Shown piece after piece: positions 51,083 to 61,378 of a stretch of DNA of 64,000 nucleotides. Position numbers and translations under genes: made by a program. The stretch is from an uncultured archaeon (lineage in GTDB: Archaea; Thermoproteota; Nitrososphaeria_A; Caldarchaeales; Wolframiiraptoraceae), in contig CALKCF010000002.1 in the NCBI GenBank assembly GCA_938083505.1, forward strand, positions 32,001-96,000, in the 5' to 3' direction. The notes below the pieces were generated by a model. That model searched no databases, had not been told where the DNA came from, and was given only the letters and a program-made list of their open reading frames with translations. Each line of letters opens with the position of its first letter. The first letter of the stretch is position 1.

Positions 51083-51916
51083 TTGGTACGCAAAAGTCAA
51101 CATAAGCAGACCACTTTTGAGATAATAAGCGTCGGAAATGAGTTGCTAATAGGCAAGGTTGTCAACACGAACGCTAGTTGGTTGGCTAAAAGGATTACAG
51201 AGATCGGCGGATTTGTTAGGAGGATTACGGACGTCAGGGATGATCTGTCTGAGATTTCTTCGGCTGTGAAGGAGGCACTAAAGAGGGGTACGAAATGGAT
51301 AATAACGAGCGGTGGCCTCGGGCCAACCTTTGACGATATGACGCTAAGCGGTGTTGCTAAGGCTGTAAAGAGGCCGTTAAAGCTAAACAAGCGAGCCTAT
51401 CAGATGATATTTGAGAAGTACAAGGAGATGTTCGAGCGCGGCATCCTCAAGAGCTTAGACATAACACCAGAGCGAAGGAAGATGGCCGAGCTCCCTACAG
51501 GCGCCATTCCGTTACAGAATCGGGTGGGTACAGCACCGGGTGTGCTTATAAAATTCGGCCGTCAAAGGATAGCTTGCTTACCTGGTGTTCCGGCAGAGTT
51601 AATAGACATTTTTGAAAACGAGTTGCTGCCGATAATTCAAAAATCGATAAAACGCACATACATGGTTGAGAGGGTGTTAATCGTAAAGGACGTTATAGAG
51701 TCTGCGTTAGCGCCAGTGATAAAGGAAGTGATGTCGAGGCATCCTACAATATACATAAAATCGCATCCAAAAGGTAGAGAGTCTGGCGCATCCATAATAG
51801 AGTTGCATCTGACAACAACCACTTCATCACCTGAGAAGATTGAGAAAGAGATGGAACAGGCCGTGCAGGAGCTAAGGGAAAAAGTAGCAGCATTGGGTGG
51901 AATGGCAGAGCAATGA
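51083..51916 (+). CDS. CinA N-terminal/COG1058 molybdopterin-binding-like protein (ADP-ribose/FAD pyrophosphatase)
   Basis: VGNELL.G..VNTNA, GGLGPTFDDMT, GTAPG, LPGVP.E, YIKSHP. Confidence 0.9.
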   Translation: MVRKSQHKQTTFEIISVGNELLIGKVVNTNASWLAKRITEIGGFVRRITDVRDDLSEISSAVKEALKRGTKWIITSGGLGPTFDDMTLSGVAKAVKRPLKLNKRAYQMIFEKYKEMFERGILKSLDITPERRKMAELPTGAIPLQNRVGTAPGVLIKFGRQRIACLPGVPAELIDIFENELLPIIQKSIKRTYMVERVLIVKDVIESALAPVIKEVMSRHPTIYIKSHPKGRESGASIIELHLTTTTSSPEKIEKEMEQAVQELREKVAALGGMAEQ

Positions 51917-53007
51917 ATCTAGATGAACCTACTATTTACGAAAAGTCTGAGGTAAGGGAGTTCTTGGTGCAACTCAGGACAGGGCTGGATGGTTTCTTAG
52001 AATGCATGAGTTCTGCCGAACATATTTCGCTCAACTTGCACCCTAATATAAGCTCTGTGGTGTTCTTAGGGGTCGGTGGCTCAGGAATAGTTGGCGACCT
52101 TTTATCCGATATTACGGCAAAATACAGGGATTTGCCAATCATCTGCCACAAGGACTACTCCTTCCCTTCCTATCTAACGAGGGGCACGCTGGTCGTTGCT
52201 GTCAGCTACTCGGGTAATACTGCTGAGACTCTCTCTGCGATGGTTAAGGCTTACGATGTAGGCTCGCCTATGTTTGCTATTACATCGGGCGGCTTGATGG
52301 AAAAAATTTGTAAGAAGTTAGGGATACCAATAGTCAAGATCAGAACGGGCCTGTTGCCGCGGATGGCCGTCCCTCATATGCTAGGTGCCGCAGTTTCGGT
52401 CTTAGCGAATGTCGGAATCATAAACACATCTTTCAATGAGCTTAGGAATGCCGTTGAGAGGGCGAAACGTACGCAGGAATCTGTGGAGGTTCATGTAGAA
52501 ACTGAATCGAATATAGCAAAGCAGGTTGCAAACAACATATGCAACAAAACGGCGTTCATATACTCTTACGGACCCCTCTCCTCCGTCGGTTATCGTCTAA
52601 AGTGCCAGCTAAATGAGAACGCTAAGATGCTTGCAGTGAACCAATGTTTACCTGAAATTTTACATAACGATATAGAGGGGTGGGATCCGGCGGCAGCTAA
52701 TTGCTTGGCGGCTGTCATGCTAAGGTGTAAAGATGAGCACCCAGCTATAAAAGAAGCGCTGGATAACATGGAGACAATTCTAGGTGAACGTTTCGGTATC
52801 GCTATCTCAAAAATAGTAAGCGAAGGTGACGATGCTACCAAAATCCTCTCCACCATGGTTATATGCGATTACGTAAGCCTCTACGCAGCAATTATGAAAG
52901 GGGTAGACCCTGCGAGGGTCGATAGAATAAAGCTTATGAGGGAGGGCATTGTAAGCAACGCGAAGTTGCTCGAACAAGTTGCGAGGAGGTTTGGAGTCGA
53001 ACATTGA
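51913..53007 (+). CDS. Bifunctional phosphoglucose/phosphomannose isomerase
   Basis: GVGGSG, SYSGNTAET, TSGG, PR, QLNENAK, PEILHN.IEG. Confidence 0.92.
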   Translation: MNLDEPTIYEKSEVREFLVQLRTGLDGFLECMSSAEHISLNLHPNISSVVFLGVGGSGIVGDLLSDITAKYRDLPIICHKDYSFPSYLTRGTLVVAVSYSGNTAETLSAMVKAYDVGSPMFAITSGGLMEKICKKLGIPIVKIRTGLLPRMAVPHMLGAAVSVLANVGIINTSFNELRNAVERAKRTQESVEVHVETESNIAKQVANNICNKTAFIYSYGPLSSVGYRLKCQLNENAKMLAVNQCLPEILHNDIEGWDPAAANCLAAVMLRCKDEHPAIKEALDNMETILGERFGIAISKIVSEGDDATKILSTMVICDYVSLYAAIMKGVDPARVDRIKLMREGIVSNAKLLEQVARRFGVEH

Positions 53008-53525
53008 GTATTGGGTGCATCACACTCAATAGGAGAATGCTTCTGGTCACTGTTTCTACGATATTATTGGTGATCGTTCTTCTGTCGGGCTCTTTAGTAA
53101 CTTTAAGTCAGGAGGAGAGTGAAGAAAGGATTCAACAAATTAGTGAGCTTCTTCGTGACATAAACGTTTGGAAGATATTCTTTAACAACTTCCAGATAGC
53201 TTTACTGATGCTCATTCCAGCACTCGGCATACTTGCCGGTGGGTACATCATTTACTCTACAGGGACAGTCTTCGCGGCTTACTCAGCTCAGTCAGGCATA
53301 CCATCCGTGTACCTCGCCGGGCTTGCGGTATTGTCACCATACGGTATTCTAGAATTCTTGGGTTATGGGCTGGCGATGTCCGAAGGGTTGCTGATAATTT
53401 ATGCAAGCTTTAAGAAGAGGCTAAGGTCTGAGGTTAAAGTGCTTCCTTTAATAATTTTGGCGATGGCTGGTTTACTGCTTACGGCAGCAGCTTTGGAGAT
53501 GCTGATGATAGAACTGTATTCTTAA
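53004..53525 (+). CDS. SpoIIM/DUF95-family membrane protein
   Basis: IFFNN, PYGILE, AAALE motifs. Confidence 0.8.
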   Translation: MSIGCITLNRRMLLVTVSTILLVIVLLSGSLVTLSQEESEERIQQISELLRDINVWKIFFNNFQIALLMLIPALGILAGGYIIYSTGTVFAAYSAQSGIPSVYLAGLAVLSPYGILEFLGYGLAMSEGLLIIYASFKKRLRSEVKVLPLIILAMAGLLLTAAALEMLMIELYS

Positions 53526-54241
53526 AAACTCAACAAATTTTTGAATATCACTCCTAGTAGATCTCCATAAAATACGGAGACAACGAAACCGCCGGTTATG
53601 AAGACCAGCAACGGTATGCCGGGGGTGAGCCATGCTTTGTCGCCTTCGACCTGAGGTTCGACATCGATAAAAATGTTGAATGAAAATCTGCGCTTACCAT
53701 CCAAGACACTTTCCATTGGTATCCAGAACTTTTTAGTCTTCACATCCTTACATAACGTTCCAAGGAAGCACGCTAAAGCTTTTCTTGAAATAGGTTCATG
53801 TTCCAAACCATCAAATATTTTATCACCTTTAATCATACGTATGATGTTGTATATCGCAAAACCCATCGGTAAAGCCGCTGATATCAACAAACCGTTCATG
53901 AAAGCGAATATCGCTGTAAAAGGATGTATAGCAGCGGCTGGCCAGTATATGGGCATTATCAAAGAGATAGTGGTCAAGGCTTTTGCATCGGCTCCGCCGT
54001 AGAGCCTGGCATAGTACAGGCCGAAGAACGTAGCGGCACCTAAACCTATCGAAATTAGACCTAAAAAAGTATAGTTAGATAACCCTGCCACCGCAAAGTC
54101 ATACGTTGTTATGATCGCACCAATAAAGCCAAAAACTATCCATAGTTTGTCGCTAACTTCCCTGAACCTTAAGTCGCTATAGGACGCGTAACACATCATC
54201 ACCAGTATCAGAGCTATCCTGATTACCTCTAAATTTAACAT
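53522..54241 (-). CDS. A24 prepilin/preflagellin peptidase (FlaK/PibD-like)
   Basis: SYSDLRFREV, GGADAK, WLTPGIP. Confidence 0.9.
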   Translation of the reverse strand: MLNLEVIRIALILVMMCYASYSDLRFREVSDKLWIVFGFIGAIITTYDFAVAGLSNYTFLGLISIGLGAATFFGLYYARLYGGADAKALTTISLIMPIYWPAAAIHPFTAIFAFMNGLLISAALPMGFAIYNIIRMIKGDKIFDGLEHEPISRKALACFLGTLCKDVKTKKFWIPMESVLDGKRRFSFNIFIDVEPQVEGDKAWLTPGIPLLVFITGGFVVSVFYGDLLGVIFKNLLSF

Positions 54242-54259
54242 GATCTTAACTTTCTTTGA

Positions 54260-55510
54260 TTAAGGCCAGTTCCCTAAAGCCTTTACTGCCTCCGCAACCC
54301 TTTTTATTGCAACAGTTATTGCCGCCTGTCGTGCACTCACCTCATACTCTTTGGCAGACCTGAGGACCTCATCGAATGCTTTTATCATCTTCCTCTCCAA
54401 GTTCGCCATGACTTCTTCTACAGACCATTTAGTGCGTGTAAGGTTTTGAACCCACTCGAAGTAACTAACGGTTACACCGCCCGCGCTGGCTAGGATGTCT
54501 GGTACAACGAGGATGCCCTTTTCGAATAAAATCCTATCCGCCTCTGGGGTTATCGGTCCATTGGCCGCTTCTATTATTGCCGAGGCTTTGATGTTATCCG
54601 CATTCTTTGCCGTTATCACATTCTCTATGGCGGCAGGGATTAGAAAGTCGCACTCCAACTCTAGAAGTTCTTCGTTCGTTATATTCTTAGCTTTTCCGTA
54701 GTTTACAACAGAGCCTGTCATTTTTTTGTTCTCTAAAACTTTCTCGACATGTAGTTGTTCGTTAGAGTATATACCACCTTTTGAGTCGCTTACGGCTATG
54801 ATCCTACAACCCATATCTTGAAGCAACTTAGCCGACATGTATCCCACATTACCGAATCCCTGTATGACGACCTTAGCACCTTTTAACGGTTTCCCTAAAT
54901 ATTTACTGACCTCTCTTGTGATAATGGCCACACCCATGCCGGTAGCCTCATTCCTACCTTCACTCCCACCTAAAGCGATGGGCTTACCGGTTACAACCGC
55001 AGGTGCTAGTTCACCTTTTATCTTGCTGTAAGTGTCCATTATCCAGGCCATTATCTGGGCATCTGTGTAAATATCAGGTGCAGGTATGTCCAAGTAGGGA
55101 CCTATGATGTTCGCTATTGCCATTGTATATCTCCTGGTGAGCCTTTCGAGCTCTGCCTGGCTCATACCTTTTGGATCACACCTTATACCTCCCTTTGCTC
55201 CACCGAACGGTATGTCCACTACAGCACACTTCCAAGTCATCAGCATGGCCAATGCCGTAACTTCCTCAAGGGTTACGTCCGGATGATACCTTATGCCACC
55301 TTTATACGGCCCCCTTGCAGAATTGTGTTGAACTCTATACCCAGTGAAAACCCTGAGTTCACCGTTGTCCATTCTACAGGGCAGAGATACCGTAACGGTG
55401 CGCTCAGGCTTCCTTAGAACGTCGCACAAGTCATGGCTTAAACCTATTGCTTGCGCCGCTTCATCAAACTGCCTTATCATGTATGACAAGAAGGACATGT
55501 TTGACATCAT
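54260..55510 (-). CDS. gdhA: Glutamate dehydrogenase
   Basis: RGPYKGGIRYHP, KCAVVDIPFGGAKGG, DIPAPD, GFGNVG, EAANGP, VSYFEWVQN. Confidence 0.95.
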   Translation of the reverse strand: MMSNMSFLSYMIRQFDEAAQAIGLSHDLCDVLRKPERTVTVSLPCRMDNGELRVFTGYRVQHNSARGPYKGGIRYHPDVTLEEVTALAMLMTWKCAVVDIPFGGAKGGIRCDPKGMSQAELERLTRRYTMAIANIIGPYLDIPAPDIYTDAQIMAWIMDTYSKIKGELAPAVVTGKPIALGGSEGRNEATGMGVAIITREVSKYLGKPLKGAKVVIQGFGNVGYMSAKLLQDMGCRIIAVSDSKGGIYSNEQLHVEKVLENKKMTGSVVNYGKAKNITNEELLELECDFLIPAAIENVITAKNADNIKASAIIEAANGPITPEADRILFEKGILVVPDILASAGGVTVSYFEWVQNLTRTKWSVEEVMANLERKMIKAFDEVLRSAKEYEVSARQAAITVAIKRVAEAVKALGNWP

Positions 55511-55588
55511 GTTTAGAAAATTTTTGGTAAATTGTTGATATAAATACTTTTCGTAAATTTTCTCATCAGTAAAAGAATTCTAAAACGT

Positions 55589-56848
55589 TCATAAATCCTC
55601 GATCCTCCACATATATTCTTCGAACTCTTCACGAGCGTATGCTTCTGTAGCGACGTCTATGTTGCCCTCTCTTAACAGCATTGCTTTTTTGACCCTTCTT
55701 TTTGCTACCTTTTCAGCAACACTTCTAGGCGAACTGTTTGAGTGGGCTGACTCTATTAGAACCCTCTTTACGTTGGTAGTTATTTTATACTTGATCAACT
55801 CAAACGCTTGCACCTCAGTTCCGCCTATATACTCGACATAAGAACCGATGACTCCGCCTGCGTTAACGAGAAAGTCTGGTATTATCCATACACCTTTTTC
55901 CCGCAATATCTCTTCTGCACCTTTCGTCGTTGGTATGTTTGCTGCCTCAACAACTATCCTCACTTTAGATGAGGCAAGGATGCTTACGTTTTGCTCGTTT
56001 ATCGTGTACGAAGAAGCAGCAGGTATGAATATGTCCGCTTCTTTCTCAAATATCTTATCTCTAGGCTCTTTTATTCCAATCTTTAAATCGCTAAGCATGG
56101 GGGCTTTCGTTTTTGTTCTTAAGAACTTCAGCTCCTCCATTATTTCTGGTATGTCCAAACCATTTGGGTCACATATGCAAGCTGAGGCATCATTTATAGC
56201 GATAACTTTGTACCCCATCTCGTCAAGGAACTTTGCTGTGAACGAGCCCACGTTGCCGAAACCTTGTATTGCGACCCTGGCCTCCTTTGGTTCTATGTTC
56301 AATATGTTTAACTTGTTCAGAATCTTGACCGACAGGTCTGTTGCAATTGCCACACCGTAGCCTGTGGTACCGAGCTCATGCGGTATGCCTCCCAACTCTG
56401 TAGGCTTGCCAGTGCACGCCCTCATGTCACCTATCTCATGCGCGAATACGGCCATATCCATCTCCGTCGTTCCCATATCTGTAGCCGCTATGTATTGCAA
56501 CGGCACGTATGGTTTAATGGCCTTTGCAAATGCCCTAACCCATGCTACCCTATCAACTTCTAAAGGGTTGCCCCTGATGCCTCCCTTTGCTCCGCCGAAT
56601 GGCAGCCCGGCCATGGCACACTTCCAGGTCATGACCCTTGCAAGTAAGAAAATCTCCTTAGGCGTTACCGTTGGTTGGAACCTTATCCCACCTTTTCCTG
56701 GACCCATGGCCGTGTTATCTATTACCAAGACACCTTGCATCTTTGTATGGGGGTCGTAAACTTGTATGACCTTTTCTGGCCCCCATTCGTCAGCTAAGTC
56801 CCAAGCATCAAAATCCTTTCTAAAAGACTGAGCTGACATTATTCTCAC
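55589..56848 (-). CDS. Glu/Leu/Phe/Val dehydrogenase-family protein (second, divergent GDH)
   Basis: GPGKGGIRF, KCAMAGLPFGGAKGG, ATDMGT, GFGNVG, EAANIP, NAGGV. Confidence 0.9.
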   Translation of the reverse strand: MRIMSAQSFRKDFDAWDLADEWGPEKVIQVYDPHTKMQGVLVIDNTAMGPGKGGIRFQPTVTPKEIFLLARVMTWKCAMAGLPFGGAKGGIRGNPLEVDRVAWVRAFAKAIKPYVPLQYIAATDMGTTEMDMAVFAHEIGDMRACTGKPTELGGIPHELGTTGYGVAIATDLSVKILNKLNILNIEPKEARVAIQGFGNVGSFTAKFLDEMGYKVIAINDASACICDPNGLDIPEIMEELKFLRTKTKAPMLSDLKIGIKEPRDKIFEKEADIFIPAASSYTINEQNVSILASSKVRIVVEAANIPTTKGAEEILREKGVWIIPDFLVNAGGVIGSYVEYIGGTEVQAFELIKYKITTNVKRVLIESAHSNSSPRSVAEKVAKRRVKKAMLLREGNIDVATEAYAREEFEEYMWRIEDL

Positions 56849-57195
56849 CTCCTCACAATCTCAGAAGGTTTTCTCAGAAATTTTCATATTCTGTATTCCC
56901 CTCTTCTTGTTAAGAGAGGATCTTAAAATTTTCAATGGAGTGTACAAATTGCTAATCCCATCTATTATTTTCTTCAGCATAAACTTATTAATATTTTCTG
57001 TACAACCCTACTGCTGCACGTATAATATTGGAGCAAATCTCTTCGTCACTCCTTTAACGTTATGCTACATAATACGCTATATAAATAACATAATTCTTCT
57101 CCATGTTATGTTAGCGTGAACGTTTCACGAACATCTTGCGGGTTTTTAATACTATAGCGAAATTTTATATAGGGATGCCTGAGTTTGGTTAAAGG

Positions 57196-59025
57196 ATGTC
57201 TACATTTGCTCATAGATTCAGGGGCAGGGATTTTGTACCAACAATCTCCCAAAGATCGCTCTTAGAAAAGCTCGATAAGGGTTACGCCAAATTGGCTAGG
57301 CTCGATCAGAGACTGCTACCTTTATCACATGAATCCGTGCCAGAGCCCACAATATACGTTAACGGTAAACCAGCGTCCGTGCTCAGTATAAGTTCCGAGC
57401 TGAAGCTTGGAGAGGATGCTCAATCTGAGAAATTTTCTGTCATCCGATGGATGACAGAGTTCGTCTCAGGACTTTATGGACCGTTCAGGATGAGCAAGCT
57501 AATAACAGATAAAGATGGTTTAAAGTATTTGGCAAGCGATGTCAGGACGATTCTAAAGAAAGTAGGATTAGCGCATCCAATAGCCCAGCTCATGGCTGGT
57601 GCTGGTTTAACCATGTCGAAGACTGTGGGTGATGGAGCCGTGTATACTATAATCCTAGGTGGCAAGATTTTAGAAAGATGTCTAGAGCTCATGCTGAAAG
57701 GTCTTAACGTATCGACAATACTCGACGGGCTTTTGGATGTGCTTAACCAAAGCCTACGTATAGTGGAGCACCTTTCAATTGATATTTCATCTCAACGCGA
57801 AAGGATGCTAACTCTAGTTATGAAGACTAGTGTGATGAACAGATTGCCTGAACATGTTCAGCACAAATTTGTAAACATCCTACAAAAAGTGATGGAAATT
57901 GTAGGGATGGAGGAATTAACGTCTGTTGATGTAAATAAGGTACTCGACGTTAAAGCCATTGAGAGCGGAACGTTAGAGGATTCATTCGTCTTGGACGGTG
58001 TTGCCGTTTTCAAAGAAATGGCTCATCCAGATATGCCGAAAAGGATAGAGAACACAAAAGTCGCTGTGCTTAAAGATGAACTGAGAGTGCATGAAAGGAT
58101 TGGACGTCACCTAAACTATTCATTAGAACTCGGTGATGTGGGCTTAAAGGATTTGCTAGAAGATAAAAATGCATATATCTCTGATCTGGTTAAAAAAATC
58201 ACGGACCTGAATGTTGGCTTCCTCGTCGTCGAAAAAGGGGCGGACCCAATTGCCATTGAAAAGCTCGCAAATGCAGGAATAGCCACCATATATGGGCTCC
58301 CGCACCCGGAAGTGGAGTTGATAGCCAGGGCAGTTAACGCAATACCAACAAAAATGACGCTGCTGGAAGCATCAGACCTTGGGTGGGCAGGAATCGTAGA
58401 GCAGGTTGAATTTGACGAGAAAAAGGTAATACTTATCCATAAATGCAAAAGACCCAGAAGCGTTACCGTCCTGCTTAGAGGTGTAACAAATATGCTACAA
58501 AGTGATGTGGAGAGGTGCATCAAGCATTCTCTTCCAGTTTTCTCCATCATTAAAGAATGTTGTAAGGTTGTCTATGGCGGCGGTGCCTCTGATTTAGAGT
58601 TATCATTGCGCCTTAAGGAATATGCCGAGAGCATTTCAGATAAGAGGCAGCTGGTCGTTAAAGCTGTAGCGGATGCATTTGAGGATGTAGTATCGGTCTT
58701 GTCCAGGAACTTAGGTCAAGATTCTGTAGAGGTATTAAGCAAGCTGAAGTCAGAACATGTGTCTGGAAAAGTTGATGCATGTGTTAACTTTGAAGGTAGT
58801 ATTGGAAACGCTAAAGAGTTAGGCTTATACGAGTTATCTGCTGTTAAGCAGCAGGCTATTAAGACTGCCTTCGAGCTTGCTTACACTATCCTCAGAATAG
58901 ATGGCATAATAACCGGCAGAAAATTGTCAGAATCTGAGTATTACTATGTGAAAAGGACTAAAGGAACTTCCCCAGAAAGACTGAGTGAGCTTAAGAAAGA
59001 ATACGGCCTCGAGAGTTTAGAATGA
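57196..59025 (+). CDS. Divergent group II chaperonin (thermosome/TCP-1)-like protein with degenerate ATPase motifs
   Basis: YGP, HPIA, VGDG, HPDMPKRIEN, VTVLLRG, GGGA and ILRID are in thermosome order, but the nucleotide motifs are altered. Confidence 0.85.
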   Translation: MSTFAHRFRGRDFVPTISQRSLLEKLDKGYAKLARLDQRLLPLSHESVPEPTIYVNGKPASVLSISSELKLGEDAQSEKFSVIRWMTEFVSGLYGPFRMSKLITDKDGLKYLASDVRTILKKVGLAHPIAQLMAGAGLTMSKTVGDGAVYTIILGGKILERCLELMLKGLNVSTILDGLLDVLNQSLRIVEHLSIDISSQRERMLTLVMKTSVMNRLPEHVQHKFVNILQKVMEIVGMEELTSVDVNKVLDVKAIESGTLEDSFVLDGVAVFKEMAHPDMPKRIENTKVAVLKDELRVHERIGRHLNYSLELGDVGLKDLLEDKNAYISDLVKKITDLNVGFLVVEKGADPIAIEKLANAGIATIYGLPHPEVELIARAVNAIPTKMTLLEASDLGWAGIVEQVEFDEKKVILIHKCKRPRSVTVLLRGVTNMLQSDVERCIKHSLPVFSIIKECCKVVYGGGASDLELSLRLKEYAESISDKRQLVVKAVADAFEDVVSVLSRNLGQDSVEVLSKLKSEHVSGKVDACVNFEGSIGNAKELGLYELSAVKQQAIKTAFELAYTILRIDGIITGRKLSESEYYYVKRTKGTSPERLSELKKEYGLESLE

Positions 59026-59054
59026 AAGAAAAAATAAAAAATGTTTGTAATATT

Positions 59055-60476
59055 TTACACCGGAAGCGCAGCCTTTAACTCCTCAAACTTTCTCACGTAA
59101 TACTCGTTGTTGTCAGGAAGATCTGGTGACAGGAAATACCTTGTCATCTTCTGTTTATCCTCTACGGAGCCAAGGTCCCTGACATTACCTCTCGGATGCG
59201 GCGTGCCCTCTCTGGGCGGCTCACCTGTCCAGAAATGCTTAAAGTATACATCAGGTAGGAAGAGGGCATTCTGTAACCTTTCTGGTACTGTTGCAAATTC
59301 TGGTCTATCTGGCCATATAACCCTCATTACCTCCTCTATCGGCAGGTAAGTGCTCTTGCCCTCGTAGAACCAACCATAGAACTCGTCTCCCATGGCATTC
59401 TTATAATCCTCCCAAGCCCATGCGGGCGTCGGATATCCTTGCCTAGTGTAAAGCATCTGTGTGAAAAGCTCAAGGTGCCAGTTGAGTAGCCTTATACCTT
59501 CTTCTGCAACCTCAGGTGAGACTAAGGAGGATACATAGCCGGAGTTGTACCAGAAGAATGGACCGTGCTGTAAAGCTGCGTAGTACGCAGGTGTCCCAGC
59601 TTTTCTCGTATCAAAGCACACTGGCTGCCATGTGCTGGCCAGCCATATTTCCCTAGTTGAGAATAGCGTAACTATATCCCCGTAGGAGAACCAAAACGTC
59701 TTTATGAATCCTTGCTTAACATACGGTAGGAGGTAGTTAAAAACGGCATCGACTTCTTGCTTGGTTAGATTAGTTATGGCACCTGAAAAAGTCATCTGCT
59801 CGGTTGCCTCTAGATAGTTTGCAGTCTCGCTAAATACCGTGAAACCTTCGTCCTGCATTCCAGTCCTTCCTTTCCATTCTGGGTTCCAAAGTTCTGAGTA
59901 AGCCAGCGTTCTTTTAGTACCGCCACGCTCATCATAAGGTATGAATTCTGGAAGGTATGTTACGGAGTCGAAGTTCCACATGACTGGGACGGCGACGAGG
60001 GACTTTCCAGGTTCCTTCCAAAGCAGGTAATTGAACCTCTCTGCCTGTGCTGGCTTAAAGTATTTCTCAACATGATAGAACATTTCTAAGACTTTATCTT
60101 CTCTCCACCTAGGCACTTTCTCAACGGGTATTGTCCTAGCTAAACCCTCTGCTATGATAGGCCTGTATCTTCCAGAAGCGGCCACGTCCCATGCGGCGGG
60201 GTTAGCCAGTTGCTTCTGAGTCATAACGAAGAAGTCTAGATAAGTCGTTTCAACATCTATGCCCGTTAGCTTTTCATACTCCCTCTCAGCCTCAGGCGGG
60301 AAATAGAACGGATGTGTTGAGTACCTAATTTTTGACGGTTTTGTCACAGTCGGTGTTGGTGTCGGTGTTGGTGGGGCGCTCGTATAGACATAGTACGCCA
60401 ACCCACCGACAATGGCAGCGGCAGCAATTCCTCCAACAGCAGCCAAGAATTTCCTTCTAGAAATTTTTTCCGACAT
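59055..60476 (-). CDS. ABC transporter substrate-binding protein (PotD-like), Tat-exported
   Basis: SRRKFL twin-arginine signal, TM helix, PT-repeat linker; last gene of a potABC-like operon. Confidence 0.85.
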   Translation of the reverse strand: MSEKISRRKFLAAVGGIAAAAIVGGLAYYVYTSAPPTPTPTPTVTKPSKIRYSTHPFYFPPEAEREYEKLTGIDVETTYLDFFVMTQKQLANPAAWDVAASGRYRPIIAEGLARTIPVEKVPRWREDKVLEMFYHVEKYFKPAQAERFNYLLWKEPGKSLVAVPVMWNFDSVTYLPEFIPYDERGGTKRTLAYSELWNPEWKGRTGMQDEGFTVFSETANYLEATEQMTFSGAITNLTKQEVDAVFNYLLPYVKQGFIKTFWFSYGDIVTLFSTREIWLASTWQPVCFDTRKAGTPAYYAALQHGPFFWYNSGYVSSLVSPEVAEEGIRLLNWHLELFTQMLYTRQGYPTPAWAWEDYKNAMGDEFYGWFYEGKSTYLPIEEVMRVIWPDRPEFATVPERLQNALFLPDVYFKHFWTGEPPREGTPHPRGNVRDLGSVEDKQKMTRYFLSPDLPDNNEYYVRKFEELKAALPV

Positions 60477-60552
60477 TGTTGATTACTTTTTTTCAAGTTG
60501 TATTTAAATTTTTTAACGAATAATTGTTTGTAAATATAAACATAATTTCCGT

Positions 60553-61374
60553 TTAACGGACTCTTCTAGACATTATATAAGCGAATATTGCTAAGCCTAT
60601 GAATGCTATTATTGCAATCAGTGTACCGGCAGCAAACCACTTCGGGGTTATCGGGTTTATTGATAGCTCGTTTTTAATATAGGTTGCTAAAGTACCCGTA
60701 CCTTTCATGACGAACTGTGTTCTGATCACCTCACCCCACGAGAGTAGGAAGCCTATTATCGCTGCCGATATTACCTCGAATATTATCAAAGGTAGCGTTA
60801 TACGTCTGAATACGTTGAGGGGGCTTGCTTTTAATACGCTAGCTGCATACTCGTATGTGGCCAGGTCGGGATCGAATCTTGACATCATAAGTATGAGGCC
60901 GAAGGGTACCGTGTAAACCGTAAGAACTGCTGCAACTGCCAGAAGGGACGATTCAATGCCGAAAAGTCTAAACATGAAGGCTACGCCTAAGCCAAGCGCA
61001 ACACCAGGAACTATGAAGCCTAAAATGAACAGGTAGAATAGCAGGTCCCTGCCCACTATTCTCTTCCTAAGAGCTAATGCTGTCGTAGTAACTAAGAGGC
61101 ACGTCAGTAGTGCAGTGAGGATTGATACAAATAACGAGTTGTTTAAGGCTGTAAAGAAATTATTGTCATGCAGTATTGAGATGTATGCAGAGTACTCGTA
61201 ACCGGTCGGTGGTTTTATGTACCAATCCCATGTAAGGCCCTCTATCGGAAAGCTTATTTTAGCGCCGCTCTTGAAGGATAGGGCTATCATGAAGAATACC
61301 GGAAGGTATATAAAAAGTATAATTAAGGCGATGTAAACTTTTGCTAACCTATCTCCCCATCCCATTTCCAACAC
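60553..61374 (-). CDS. ABC permease (PotC-like)
   Basis: YLP..SF, TWDWY, EAA-loop variant, TLP. Confidence 0.88.
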   Translation of the reverse strand: MLEMGWGDRLAKVYIALIILFIYLPVFFMIALSFKSGAKISFPIEGLTWDWYIKPPTGYEYSAYISILHDNNFFTALNNSLFVSILTALLTCLLVTTTALALRKRIVGRDLLFYLFILGFIVPGVALGLGVAFMFRLFGIESSLLAVAAVLTVYTVPFGLILMMSRFDPDLATYEYAASVLKASPLNVFRRITLPLIIFEVISAAIIGFLLSWGEVIRTQFVMKGTGTLATYIKNELSINPITPKWFAAGTLIAIIAFIGLAIFAYIMSRRVR

Positions 61375-61378
61375 CTCG

